64,000 nt of DNA from a virus, in the IMG/VR virus record IMGVR_UViG_3300044970_001297, positions 28,789 through 92,788 of that record. One strand, written 5' to 3'. The notes under the pieces are model-generated. The model was not told the origin of the DNA. It did not search any database and saw only the letters and a program-made list of their open reading frames with translations. The position numbers and the translations under genes are program-made. Shown in pieces: positions 24,884-32,062 of the stretch (positions are counted from its first letter, which is position 1; each line of letters opens with the position of its first letter).

Positions 24884-24976
24884 GGGAACGGCAGGGGGAG
24901 TTACCCCCTGCCGTCGTTCTAGTCTAGATCTAGACTTCTAGTATCGGAGCATCCGCTGACCCCGACTGCCGTTCCC
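24884..24976 (-). ncRNA. Structured RNA / terminator with alternative long-range stem
   Basis: GGGAACGGCAG...CTGCCGTTCCC closing stem, three internal hairpins, followed by TTTTT. Confidence 0.5.
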
Positions 24977-25004
24977 ACGCGGACAATAATTATATTCTGT
25001 CAGT

Positions 25005-25298
25005 TCAAAGCAGGAAGCGATTGCCCTGGGCATCGAAGCCGTAGGTGCGGGTGCCGGGGTGCGTGTCGATCATGCTGTAGACCGTCTCGCCACGGCTGTT
25101 GGTGTTCGACTCCACGATCCAGTTGCCGTGCGTCTCGACGCGCTCACGGATGCTGGAGATCATCGCACGGAAGTTCTTCACGCCGAACTTGCTGTTGGCC
25201 TGAGCCGAAGTGAGCGACTTGCCCGAAGCGAGGTAGTTGATGACCTGACGGGTCTTGGTGAGCGAACGGGTCGAACGGGTCTTGGTGGCAGTAGCCAT
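25005..25298 (-). CDS. Winged-helix HTH DNA-binding protein
   Basis: VINYLASGKSLTSAQANSKFGVKNFRAMISSIRE; strongly biased GC-rich codons. Confidence 0.75.
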   Translation of the reverse strand: MATATKTRSTRSLTKTRQVINYLASGKSLTSAQANSKFGVKNFRAMISSIRERVETHGNWIVESNTNSRGETVYSMIDTHPGTRTYGFDAQGNRFLL

Positions 25299-25384
25299 AC
25301 TCTACACTCCTAAACATTGACTGCTTCACTTTGAAAGAGGAGTTCGCACCGCAGTCCCGTGCGTTCCTCAACTGTTGTGCTACA

Positions 25385-25412
25385 AGTATATCTCTGAATC
25401 GTCTGCTGTCAA
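25385..25412 (-). promoter_or_regulatory. Sigma70-like promoter
   Basis: TTGACA-N16-TATACT. Confidence 0.75.
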
Positions 25413-25469
25413 TATCTGTCGAACGCGAATCGAAAAGAATCTTACTTTGCTTCTATTTGATTCTGAATC

Positions 25470-25679
25470 TTACGCGCTCTTGGCAGGAGAGAGATATTGT
25501 TCAAAATCCTCTCCGTAGATCTCGACTCGCTTTGCTGGACTCAGAGATTGAAGTTCAGCAACCTTGTCGATTCCATATTTCGCAACCCGCTCATCGGCAG
25601 TCATGCGAAACAGGTTCTTGTCAAACACATGCTTTCCTTGAAAGCAACTCTGCACCCATCGTCTAAAAAACTCACTCAT
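25470..25679 (-). CDS. Hypothetical protein
   Basis: Start trimmed to MSEFFRR (GGAGG RBS). Confidence 0.6.
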   Translation of the reverse strand: MSEFFRRWVQSCFQGKHVFDKNLFRMTADERVAKYGIDKVAELQSLSPAKRVEIYGEDFEQYLSPAKSA

Positions 25680-25680
25680 C

Positions 25681-26214
25681 TCATGCACCTCCACCTACTA
25701 TGAACTTCTTGCCCTTCAACCGCGTGTTGAAGTCGCCAACATTGGTGCTGATGCCAGCACCACCGATACGCGCTCTCTTTCCCTTCGGAACCCAATCCGA
25801 CTTGCCAGTTCCGTGGAACACGCTGCCGTGCTTCTTGGAAACAGAGAGAACGGTGTCTTGACCAAACTGCTCCCCATGCTTCTTGAGATCCCTAAGAAGA
25901 GTAGCATGATCTCCTACGCTACCCCGTTTGGGTGCGGGAAGTTGACCAGAATGAACCATGAAGGTCTTCTCCTTCACCTTCTTCTTCTCTCCATTGTGGT
26001 CTTCGATGTACTCGCCCTTGACTGGAACAGGAGTGTATCCATGCTGCTTGAGGCTTGCCCTGAGTGCCTTCGTCCTCTTGTTGTTCTCAGCGGGAGAAAG
26101 ATTCCCACGGCTTGCTGATATGAAACCCACCATGTGACCACCTTCGATGTGACCATGTAGACGGGAAAGGGAACGCCTTGCTGCCTCTGAAATGAACTCT
26201 CTATATGACTTCAT
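25681..26214 (-). CDS. Capsid-targeted DUF3293-like protein
   Basis: N-terminus MKSYREFISE; ISASRG...EN..R...L...GY..V.G.Y.E...EKTF...FGQDTVL. Confidence 0.75.
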   Translation of the reverse strand: MKSYREFISEAARRSLSRLHGHIEGGHMVGFISASRGNLSPAENNKRTKALRASLKQHGYTPVPVKGEYIEDHNGEKKKVKEKTFMVHSGQLPAPKRGSVGDHATLLRDLKKHGEQFGQDTVLSVSKKHGSVFHGTGKSDWVPKGKRARIGGAGISTNVGDFNTRLKGKKFIVGGGA

Positions 26215-26237
26215 GGAAAAGTCCTCCTGTATGGAGA

Positions 26238-26245
26238 TATTTATA
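26238..26245 (-). promoter_or_regulatory. T4 late promoter, perfect TATAAATA
   Basis: 23 nt upstream of ATG 26214, followed by AGGAGGA RBS. Confidence 0.75.
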
Positions 26246-26456
26246 CTAGCCCGTTTTCCTCATCAAACTTAGCAATCCTGTCCATGGCGCAATTGCTGAG
26301 TTCTTTTTGAGTTTCCTTGAGTTTCCTCTGAAGTTCCATGATCTCCCCATATGCGTCCCCAATCAGAATGAGGACATCCTTGGGAAGGTCCGTGCGCTTG
26401 GTGGCAACGCGAAGGCGGTAGTCGATATGCAGATGATCGTCATCTTGCCACATCAT
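26241..26456 (-). CDS. Hypothetical protein
   Basis: 71 aa; ATGA overlap. Confidence 0.65.
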   Translation of the reverse strand: MMWQDDDHLHIDYRLRVATKRTDLPKDVLILIGDAYGEIMELQRKLKETQKELSNCAMDRIAKFDEENGLV

Positions 26457-26833
26457 GCATCCTTGCCCTTGATCTTCTCCTGCTCTGCCTTGAGATCTTC
26501 CTTACGAGCCTCCTGCAAGATCTTCTCGCGGTCTTCGTCTAATTGAGCGTCGATCCTGTCAAAGATCTTGCCAAGATGCTTTGCCTCAATCGTAGCACCG
26601 TCCTCTGCCTTTCGTGCAGTGAAATATAGTGCTTCGCGCATCATCTGGTACTTCCAGCGAATATGCTCAAGTTGCAGGACAACATTGCAATCCTGCACGG
26701 TTATCTCATCGGCATCCTGCATGTGTTTTGCCAATGTCTGCATCTTTTCATCGCTGATCTCCGTGAACGGGAGAATCGGCGGTTCTGGTACGAATGCTAC
26801 GGATGCTGCTGTTAGAATTGCTGCGAGTTTCAT
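26453..26833 (-). CDS. Hypothetical protein with N-terminal hydrophobic signal
   Basis: MKLAAILTAASVAF; GGAGG RBS. Confidence 0.7.
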   Translation of the reverse strand: MKLAAILTAASVAFVPEPPILPFTEISDEKMQTLAKHMQDADEITVQDCNVVLQLEHIRWKYQMMREALYFTARKAEDGATIEAKHLGKIFDRIDAQLDEDREKILQEARKEDLKAEQEKIKGKDA

Positions 26834-26949
26834 GATTTACTTCCTCCGTCGATTGGTTGAAATGTTAGCAATTGCGAGTAGAGCAGTGACACCACGACGA
26901 ATCCGACTGTGGAAAGCCCAAGCAAGATGTTGAGAGTGTGTGGGGTCAC
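26830..26949 (-). CDS. Small membrane protein (39 aa)
   Basis: Hand-translated from GTG: MTPHTLNILLGLSTVGFVVVSLLYSQLLTFQPIDGGSKS; fills gap with 4-nt overlaps on both sides. Confidence 0.55.
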   Translation of the reverse strand: MTPHTLNILLGLSTVGFVVVSLLYSQLLTFQPIDGGSKS

Positions 26950-27230
26950 TTGCTTTTCTCCTTGTAGCAGTCCCAACCCAAAGCGTGTGCAATATCTTCC
27001 TTTGATGAATTTTCCGATCCCCGTTCATTGTACTCCGCAAAACCACAATACATCCGTCTTGCCTCATTCCGTTCATCTGTTCTTTTTGCGAGTTCGGCAC
27101 GAAGAGACTCAATCTCTTTGGCACAACTTGTCAGACATTCAGTTGGCATACCATCCATCATTTCCACCATCCACTTGCGATTTGCTACTATCTCGTCAAG
27201 TATCCAAGGATTTGGGGTGTAATCAGCCAT
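26946..27230 (-). CDS. Hypothetical protein
   Basis: 94 aa; ERNEARRMYC...LGWDCYKE. Confidence 0.7.
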   Translation of the reverse strand: MADYTPNPWILDEIVANRKWMVEMMDGMPTECLTSCAKEIESLRAELAKRTDERNEARRMYCGFAEYNERGSENSSKEDIAHALGWDCYKEKSK

Positions 27231-27489
27231 TGCCGTCCTCCATCAAGAAGTTTTTCTCGGTGAGTTTTTCAAATCGCTCGTCAAGAGCCTTTTGCATCTT
27301 TTTTCCATCTTCCGATTTCTTCCATGTTTCGATGGCAGGATGGCTACAAGAACAGACAAGTGCTTCGTCAGTGTTGGGACCGACAAGCATTCCATCCCAC
27401 TCTCCGCACCAATGCCAGCCCTCCTCCCACTCTTCCTTGGTGAGTCCTGTTCCTGATCGGTCAAGTTCGATGTAGCGTTCTCTGTTCAT
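27223..27489 (-). CDS. Hypothetical protein
   Basis: Start trimmed to MNRERY because upstream part is tRNA-Leu; GWHWCGEWDGMLVGP. Confidence 0.7.
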   Translation of the reverse strand: MNRERYIELDRSGTGLTKEEWEEGWHWCGEWDGMLVGPNTDEALVCSCSHPAIETWKKSEDGKKMQKALDERFEKLTEKNFLMEDGNG

Positions 27490-27491
27490 AA

Positions 27492-27576
27492 TACCAGCGA
27501 CAGGATTCGAACCTGCATGATCAATTACGATCAGCGCATTTTGAGTGCGCCGTGTATACCGTTCCACCACGCTGGC
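27492..27576 (-). tRNA. tRNA-Leu(CAA)
   Basis: Cloverleaf with long variable arm; GCGCA-CTCAAAA-TGCGC. Confidence 0.92.
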
Positions 27577-27586
27577 GTAAATATCA

Positions 27587-27943
27587 TTAAGAGGAGTAGT
27601 GTTCTTCTCTATGACAATTAGCACATAAAATTACACATTTACTCATTTCTTCTTTTAGAGTATCTAAAGAGAAGCAGGATTTGGCTAGTTTTGCAACATT
27701 TTTAGTTTTTGCTTCAACATGATGAAAGTCTAATGCACAAGCATGTTTTTTGTAACCACATTTGGTACAGCCAGTTTGGACTTTGTATTCATTTATGAAT
27801 TTGGTATTTCGTTTTCTTGCAGTTCTGTTCCTATCACGAAACTTGTCCTTGTTATCAAGGTAGTATTCATGTGCTTGCTCTTTTGTCCGTTCGTAGTATG
27901 CTTTTCTATATCTCTTCTTTTCTTCTGGATCTTTATATGGCAT
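27587..27943 (-). CDS. HNH homing endonuclease
   Basis: CTKCGY...ALDFHH...KCVILCANCHREEH; AT-rich; between two tRNAs; own CTAAATA at 27963-27969. Confidence 0.85.
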   Translation of the reverse strand: MPYKDPEEKKRYRKAYYERTKEQAHEYYLDNKDKFRDRNRTARKRNTKFINEYKVQTGCTKCGYKKHACALDFHHVEAKTKNVAKLAKSCFSLDTLKEEMSKCVILCANCHREEHYSS

Positions 27944-28008
27944 GGATTCAAACCTCCATGCTTATTTAGGAATCCGAGAAAGTTCACCGCGCCACATTCA
28001 CACATCAA

Positions 28009-28082
28009 TGCCCCCCCTGGGACTTGAACCCAGACAATGCGGTTTAAAAGACCGCTACTCTAGCCAATTGAGTTAGAGGGGC
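28009..28082 (-). tRNA. tRNA-Lys(TTT)
   Basis: Cloverleaf; GCGGT-CTTTTAA-ACCGC. Confidence 0.92.
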
Positions 28083-28093
28083 AGTATTTTCAC

Positions 28094-28360
28094 TCAGCCA
28101 TTCAAAGTAGTTCCAACCTTGCGGAACGACTTGATGGTATTCACATTGAACGACCGCCATTGTGCGGCATCCATGTCCCACACGGGAATGACATCTGGAC
28201 CGCTGCCATCCTCCGTGAGTAGTGTCTTCGGATTCGCAATCGGTGCAATGCTTGTCGAGCGAGTGCAGCGAAGTGTCCGTTCGCTTCCGTCTGCCTTGGT
28301 GAAGACCACCTCACAGACACCTTGATGAAGCGATTCAACGATTTGAGTCTTCTCTAGCAT
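28094..28360 (-). CDS. WYL_2/DUF2693-like SH3 beta-barrel protein
   Basis: VCEVVFTKADGSERTLRCT...VWDMDAAQWRSF; start trimmed to MLEKTQ. Confidence 0.8.
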   Translation of the reverse strand: MLEKTQIVESLHQGVCEVVFTKADGSERTLRCTRSTSIAPIANPKTLLTEDGSGPDVIPVWDMDAAQWRSFNVNTIKSFRKVGTTLNG

Positions 28361-28458
28361 TTGCTTGTTCCTTCCTGTCCATTGCTTCTTCTTGGGTGTT
28401 CCATTCTCCTCCACGGGAGACGGAGTTCGATTGTACGATCCGTAGAGTGTACGCAAGA

Positions 28459-28677
28459 TCATGCACCCCCGATTGCGGGGATCCCCCCTGACGGGTTAGA
28501 TACGGCTGACGGGGAAGCCCCCGTCAGGGGGGATGTTGGTCGATCAAAGATGGACTTCTTCTTCTTTGGAGGTGCCTTGACCTTAGCCTTGGCTCGACTC
28601 TCTTGAACCTTTGTCTTCCATCTGTTCTTTGCCTTGCGGTGCTTCTTTGCTACACTTCTTGCCTTGCTGTTTGGCAT
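28459..28677 (-). CDS. Small Lys-rich protein
   Basis: 72 aa; AGGAG RBS. Confidence 0.55.
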   Translation of the reverse strand: MPNSKARSVAKKHRKAKNRWKTKVQESRAKAKVKAPPKKKKSIFDRPTSPLTGASPSAVSNPSGGIPAIGGA

Positions 28678-28678
28678 C

Positions 28679-29002
28679 TCATTGGCTCCTTGAGTTTTGA
28701 ATCACTTCAACGATGCCGTTGCCGACATCGCCAACCTTCTTGTTCACTATGGTAAGTTCTCCACGGATGGAGTCAAGACGCTTCATGCACTCATTGAGAA
28801 GAATGTTTGGATCGTTGTCCTTGAGGGAGTGAATCTTTTCCAACTCCGCAATGTCGTACTCAGATGGGAAGTGCTTGAGTCGATCCCTCGCTCGCTTTCT
28901 TATTTCTCTTGGAACCTTTGGAGTTTCCTTCGGATCCATCAACGCCAGCATGAAGTGCCGTGCGTTTCGTATAGCCTGAAACATCTCGCTTGGTAGCGTC
29001 AT
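28679..29002 (-). CDS. Conserved phage hypothetical protein
   Basis: LMDPKETPKVPREIRKRARDRLKHFP motif. Confidence 0.75.
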   Translation of the reverse strand: MTLPSEMFQAIRNARHFMLALMDPKETPKVPREIRKRARDRLKHFPSEYDIAELEKIHSLKDNDPNILLNECMKRLDSIRGELTIVNKKVGDVGNGIVEVIQNSRSQ

Positions 29003-29222
29003 CTTCGTACTCCTGATCGTAGATCACTGAAAAAGATTTCCAGTCCTTCTCATCTATCTTGCAGACTGAATACACTTGTTCCAGTTTCATGGATTTTCGG
29101 AGTGCATTCATTGAATCGCACATTTGGATTGCGAGATTCTTTTTCTTGAAGAACAAGAAACCACCCCCATCTCTCAGGAGGTGTTCCTTGTCTTCGCGGA
29201 TTGAGATTGCATAACATGGCAT
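28860..29222 (-). CDS. Hypothetical protein
   Basis: 120 aa directly after tRNA-Glu; 3' part overlaps next ORF. Confidence 0.5.
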   Translation of the reverse strand: MPCYAISIREDKEHLLRDGGGFLFFKKKNLAIQMCDSMNALRKSMKLEQVYSVCKIDEKDWKSFSVIYDQEYEDDATKRDVSGYTKRTALHAGVDGSEGNSKGSKRNKKASEGSTQALPI

Positions 29223-29229
29223 GGAAGAA

Positions 29230-29304
29230 TGATCCTGTGGGGATTCGAACCCCAGTTGGGAGATTGAAAGTCTCCAGTCCTAGACCAGACTAGACGACAG
29301 GACC
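29230..29304 (-). tRNA. tRNA-Glu(TTC)
   Basis: GGAGA-CTTTCAA-TCTCC. Confidence 0.92.
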
Positions 29305-29307
29305 GAA

Positions 29308-29379
29308 AGCCACTTGTGAGATTCGAACTCACGACATTCACATTACAAATATGACGCACTACCTCTGTGCTAAAGTGGC
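29308..29379 (-). tRNA. tRNA-Thr(TGT)
   Basis: TCATA-TTTGTAA-TGTGA. Confidence 0.9.
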
Positions 29380-29384
29380 TTGAG

Positions 29385-29466
29385 TGGTTGCGGAGGGATT
29401 CGAACCCCCGAAGACTATGTCAGGAGTTTTACAGACTCCCCTCGTTGACCACTTGAGTACACAACC
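29385..29466 (-). tRNA. tRNA-Tyr(GTA)
   Basis: GGAGT-CTGTAAA-ACTCC; long variable arm. Confidence 0.92.
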
Positions 29467-29469
29467 GAA

Positions 29470-29540
29470 TTGTCCGACCTAGATTCGAACTAGGACAAAG
29501 AGAACCAGAATCTCTTGTGCTACCGTTACACAATCGGACA
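29470..29540 (-). tRNA. tRNA-Gln(CTG)
   Basis: AGAGA-TTCTGGT-TCTCT. Confidence 0.9.
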
Positions 29541-29541
29541 A

Positions 29542-29628
29542 CGGAAGATGTGGGATTCGAACCCACGGTACACTTACGCGCACACAGCATTTCCAATGCT
29601 GCTCCTTCAACCACTCGGACAACCTTCC
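29542..29628 (-). tRNA. tRNA-Ser(GGA)
   Basis: CAGCA-TTGGAAA-TGCTG; long variable arm. Confidence 0.92.
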
Positions 29629-29634
29629 ACGAAA

Positions 29635-29705
29635 AGCGGGTAACGGGATTCGAACCCGTGAGGAAAGTTTGGAAAACTCACATGTTGCCGCTACATCATA
29701 CCCGC
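29635..29705 (-). tRNA. tRNA-Gly(TCC)
   Basis: GCGGGTA...GAGT-TTTCCAA-ACTT...GGTTCGAATCCC. Confidence 0.9.
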
Positions 29706-29777
29706 AACGAAATCGCGTTATTCGCAGAATGCGCGAACCCTCTGCCGCCACTTATGGTAGACGGACACCATCAGTCA

Positions 29778-30101
29778 TCAGCGACTGCGCTTGCACGAAT
29801 CAGCGCACTTGCTGTCGATGGTGTCGTGAAGATCGCGCTCGACATCGTCAATGCGCCGACCGATCTCGCTCTGCACATCATCGATGCGACGATGCATCGC
29901 GTCGTTCTCACAGAAAGAACGCTCCTGCTTGAACTGCGAGTAGTAGTACAGGGCGAGTGACGCGAAGAGGGTGATCAGCCCGTAGTTTGCCTTCTGCGCT
30001 GCGTTTGCGCTCTCGGGGGAGAGGAAGGTGAACCACACGAAGACGAGAGCGGAGAGAACACCGACATACTTGAACACGCTGTTGTTGCTAAATCCAAACA
30101 T
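29778..30101 (-). CDS. Two-TM membrane protein with coiled-coil tail
   Basis: Two hydrophobic segments; AGGAG RBS. Confidence 0.7.
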   Translation of the reverse strand: MFGFSNNSVFKYVGVLSALVFVWFTFLSPESANAAQKANYGLITLFASLALYYYSQFKQERSFCENDAMHRRIDDVQSEIGRRIDDVERDLHDTIDSKCADSCKRSR

Positions 30102-30177
30102 TGCAAAAATCTCCTGTGAGTCGCGAAGGTTCGGCTTCTGTCGCAGCGACTCATGTGCGACAAGCCTGTTTGAGAAA

Positions 30178-30252
30178 TACGCCGTGTTGGATTCGAACCA
30201 ACTCTTATTCGGTTATAAATCGAACTGAGGATGCCAAGACCTCCCACGGCGC
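30178..30252 (-). tRNA. tRNA-Ile(TAT)
   Basis: GCGCCGT/ACGGCGT acceptor, TTCGA-TTTATAA-CCGAA anticodon arm, GTTGG-TTCGAAT-CCAAC T-arm. Confidence 0.8.
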
Positions 30253-30261
30253 GTTGTTCAC

Positions 30262-30531
30262 TTACTCTATCGTGTCTTCGGCTGCTGTCAACTCCCTCTT
30301 CAGAAGAATCTTTGACTTCTTGTTGCTGACATGTCCGTTCTCATTCTTGTCGAGATAGTTAGACTTCTGACGATCATCGTCGTGACCAAGGCGATAGTTG
30401 ATGGTATCGGCTTCGGTCTTCACACCCGACATCAGAATGTTTTCGATGGCAGACATGATCGCAAGGCTGTTCTTGAGCGCATTATCTTCGGTGAGGTTCA
30501 GCGGAATGTCAATGTGTAGTCTGTAGCCCAT
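30262..30531 (-). CDS. Hypothetical protein
   Basis: 89 aa; GGAGGAG RBS. Confidence 0.7.
   Translation of the reverse strand: MGYRLHIDIPLNLTEDNALKNSLAIMSAIENILMSGVKTEADTINYRLGHDDDRQKSNYLDKNENGHVSNKKSKILLKRELTAAEDTIE
30264..30291 (-). promoter_or_regulatory. Sigma70-like promoter of tRNA cluster
   Basis: TTGACA-N16-TAGAGT, 11 nt before tRNA-Ile. Confidence 0.65.
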
Positions 30532-30950
30532 TAGACTCCTCCTTCGGGAGCGGGTTGAGCCGTGACTGCCTCCTTCTTGGATTCATTGATTGCCCATATG
30601 TACGCAGGACCTGTCCAATGGCAGTGCTTCAGACCATTGTCCTCGTCGTAGAGGTTCCCGCGAATATGGTTGAGGCAGGGAGCCTTCCAACTCGCGGCAC
30701 GGAAGATGTCTCCGCTGCGCTTGTCAATGAAGCCCCATGCAGTCTTCTGCTTCACCCCGTTGTAGTCACTGGTGAGAACGATGCGGATGTACTTGTATCC
30801 CTCCTCATAGGAGGTGGTCCAAGAGTAGGGATTTCCGCTTGGGTGCAATTGGGTATTCGTCTCCGTGGTCTTTTCGCGAACAATGTCCGCCAACTTGTCC
30901 ATGAATGTTCCGAATACCGCCACGAAACGATGATCTAGTTCCATCTTCAT
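30531..30950 (-). CDS. Conserved phage hypothetical protein
   Basis: KYIRIV...TAWGFIDKRSGDIFRAASWKAP...RGNL; start trimmed to MKMELD. Confidence 0.75.
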   Translation of the reverse strand: MKMELDHRFVAVFGTFMDKLADIVREKTTETNTQLHPSGNPYSWTTSYEEGYKYIRIVLTSDYNGVKQKTAWGFIDKRSGDIFRAASWKAPCLNHIRGNLYDEDNGLKHCHWTGPAYIWAINESKKEAVTAQPAPEGGV

Positions 30951-30960
30951 GCTGAAGCCC

Positions 30961-31227
30961 TCATTTTGTATTTTGTTCAACCACTCTTCGAATCTGCTTT
31001 TCAGTGGATGCAAGTATGTCGCACCACATCTGATCTCTTGAGTTCACCTTTGTCATTGCCGACTTCACCACTAGGATGAGATCGTGGATTAGTGCTTCTC
31101 GACGGGAGTCGCTGACTCCTTCGAACATGTCCTTCTCCTCCATTATACTCTTCTCCTTTCCTTTGACAATGGGGACATCGTCATCTGGGTTGGAGTCAGT
31201 ATCTATGAGCATTCGGAACAACTTCAC
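30961..31227 (-). CDS. Hypothetical protein
   Basis: 88 aa, co-oriented. Confidence 0.55.
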   Translation of the reverse strand: MKLFRMLIDTDSNPDDDVPIVKGKEKSIMEEKDMFEGVSDSRREALIHDLILVVKSAMTKVNSRDQMWCDILASTEKQIRRVVEQNTK

Positions 31228-31669
31228 AAAGCCACCAATCTTCCTATATCTATGCGTCGAGGAGTCCCTCCCTCAACAAGTGCGGTCTGAAAGGCCACCA
31301 CGACCTTCATCGACACAAGAGTATCGTCTACTTTAGGGAAGTCAAGGAAATGAGAGAAAGAATGTTTTGCTCCCGTTGCAATCGATTCTGAATCAAACGA
31401 TCCAAAGATTTGATTCACCATGCTGCTTGACCCATACATTATATGAGGGTATGGTGATGAGCATGGCAGACGATGACAAGGACGATGAGACGGAGATGGT
31501 GGCGATGGGCTTCGCAAAGACAATCGTGTTCTTCCTGTTCACGATGGTGTTGCTCTCCGCAATCGCAAAGGCATCAATAACATTCTTTTGAATTCGAATA
31601 GAATGTTTTCAGAGTGGTTCCCGATAGCCTACTAAATAGGAGTGTCGGGATTGGACAAGAATCTTTATC

Positions 31670-32062
31670 ATGGTTGATCCCGAAAAACACCGCAAGTTGA
31701 TTGACTTCGCCTATGCGAAGTGCCTTGAGATTCCTCGCAGGAAGAAGCATTGCAGCATCATCCTGCACAAGAACCGAATCCTTGCCGTTGGCGTAAATCG
31801 TTTCAAGACGCATCCGCTTGCCGTCAAGCACGGCTACCTCTTCGGTGAGGTGCATTCCGAACTTGATGCTTTCCTGAAGTGCAACAGGCGCGAGGGGCTT
31901 GAACTATGGAACTTTCGTTTCAATAGCCATGGACAGATGCGTATCTCGCGTCCTTGCCCCAAGTGTATGCCATGGTGCGTGAAGTGCTTCGACAAGATCT
32001 ACTACACGATGGACGATGGCATCCATGAGTTTGAGATTGACCTTGCAGACCTCAGGTCTTAG
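31670..32062 (+). CDS. Zinc-dependent cytidine/dCMP deaminase-like protein
   Basis: KHCSII...VGVN...VHSELDA...SRPCPKCM (HxE + PCxxC); CTAAATA at 31632-31638. Confidence 0.8.
   Translation: MVDPEKHRKLIDFAYAKCLEIPRRKKHCSIILHKNRILAVGVNRFKTHPLAVKHGYLFGEVHSELDAFLKCNRREGLELWNFRFNSHGQMRISRPCPKCMPWCVKCFDKIYYTMDDGIHEFEIDLADLRS

Noticed and set aside
29174-29960. ORFs over the tRNA cluster, and N-terminal extension of 27223..27624
   Set aside because: They overlap clear tRNA cloverleaves
31224-31600. Short ORFs on both strands (31224..31523 minus; 31463..31591 plus)
   Set aside because: Could not decide which, if either, is real; no motif support
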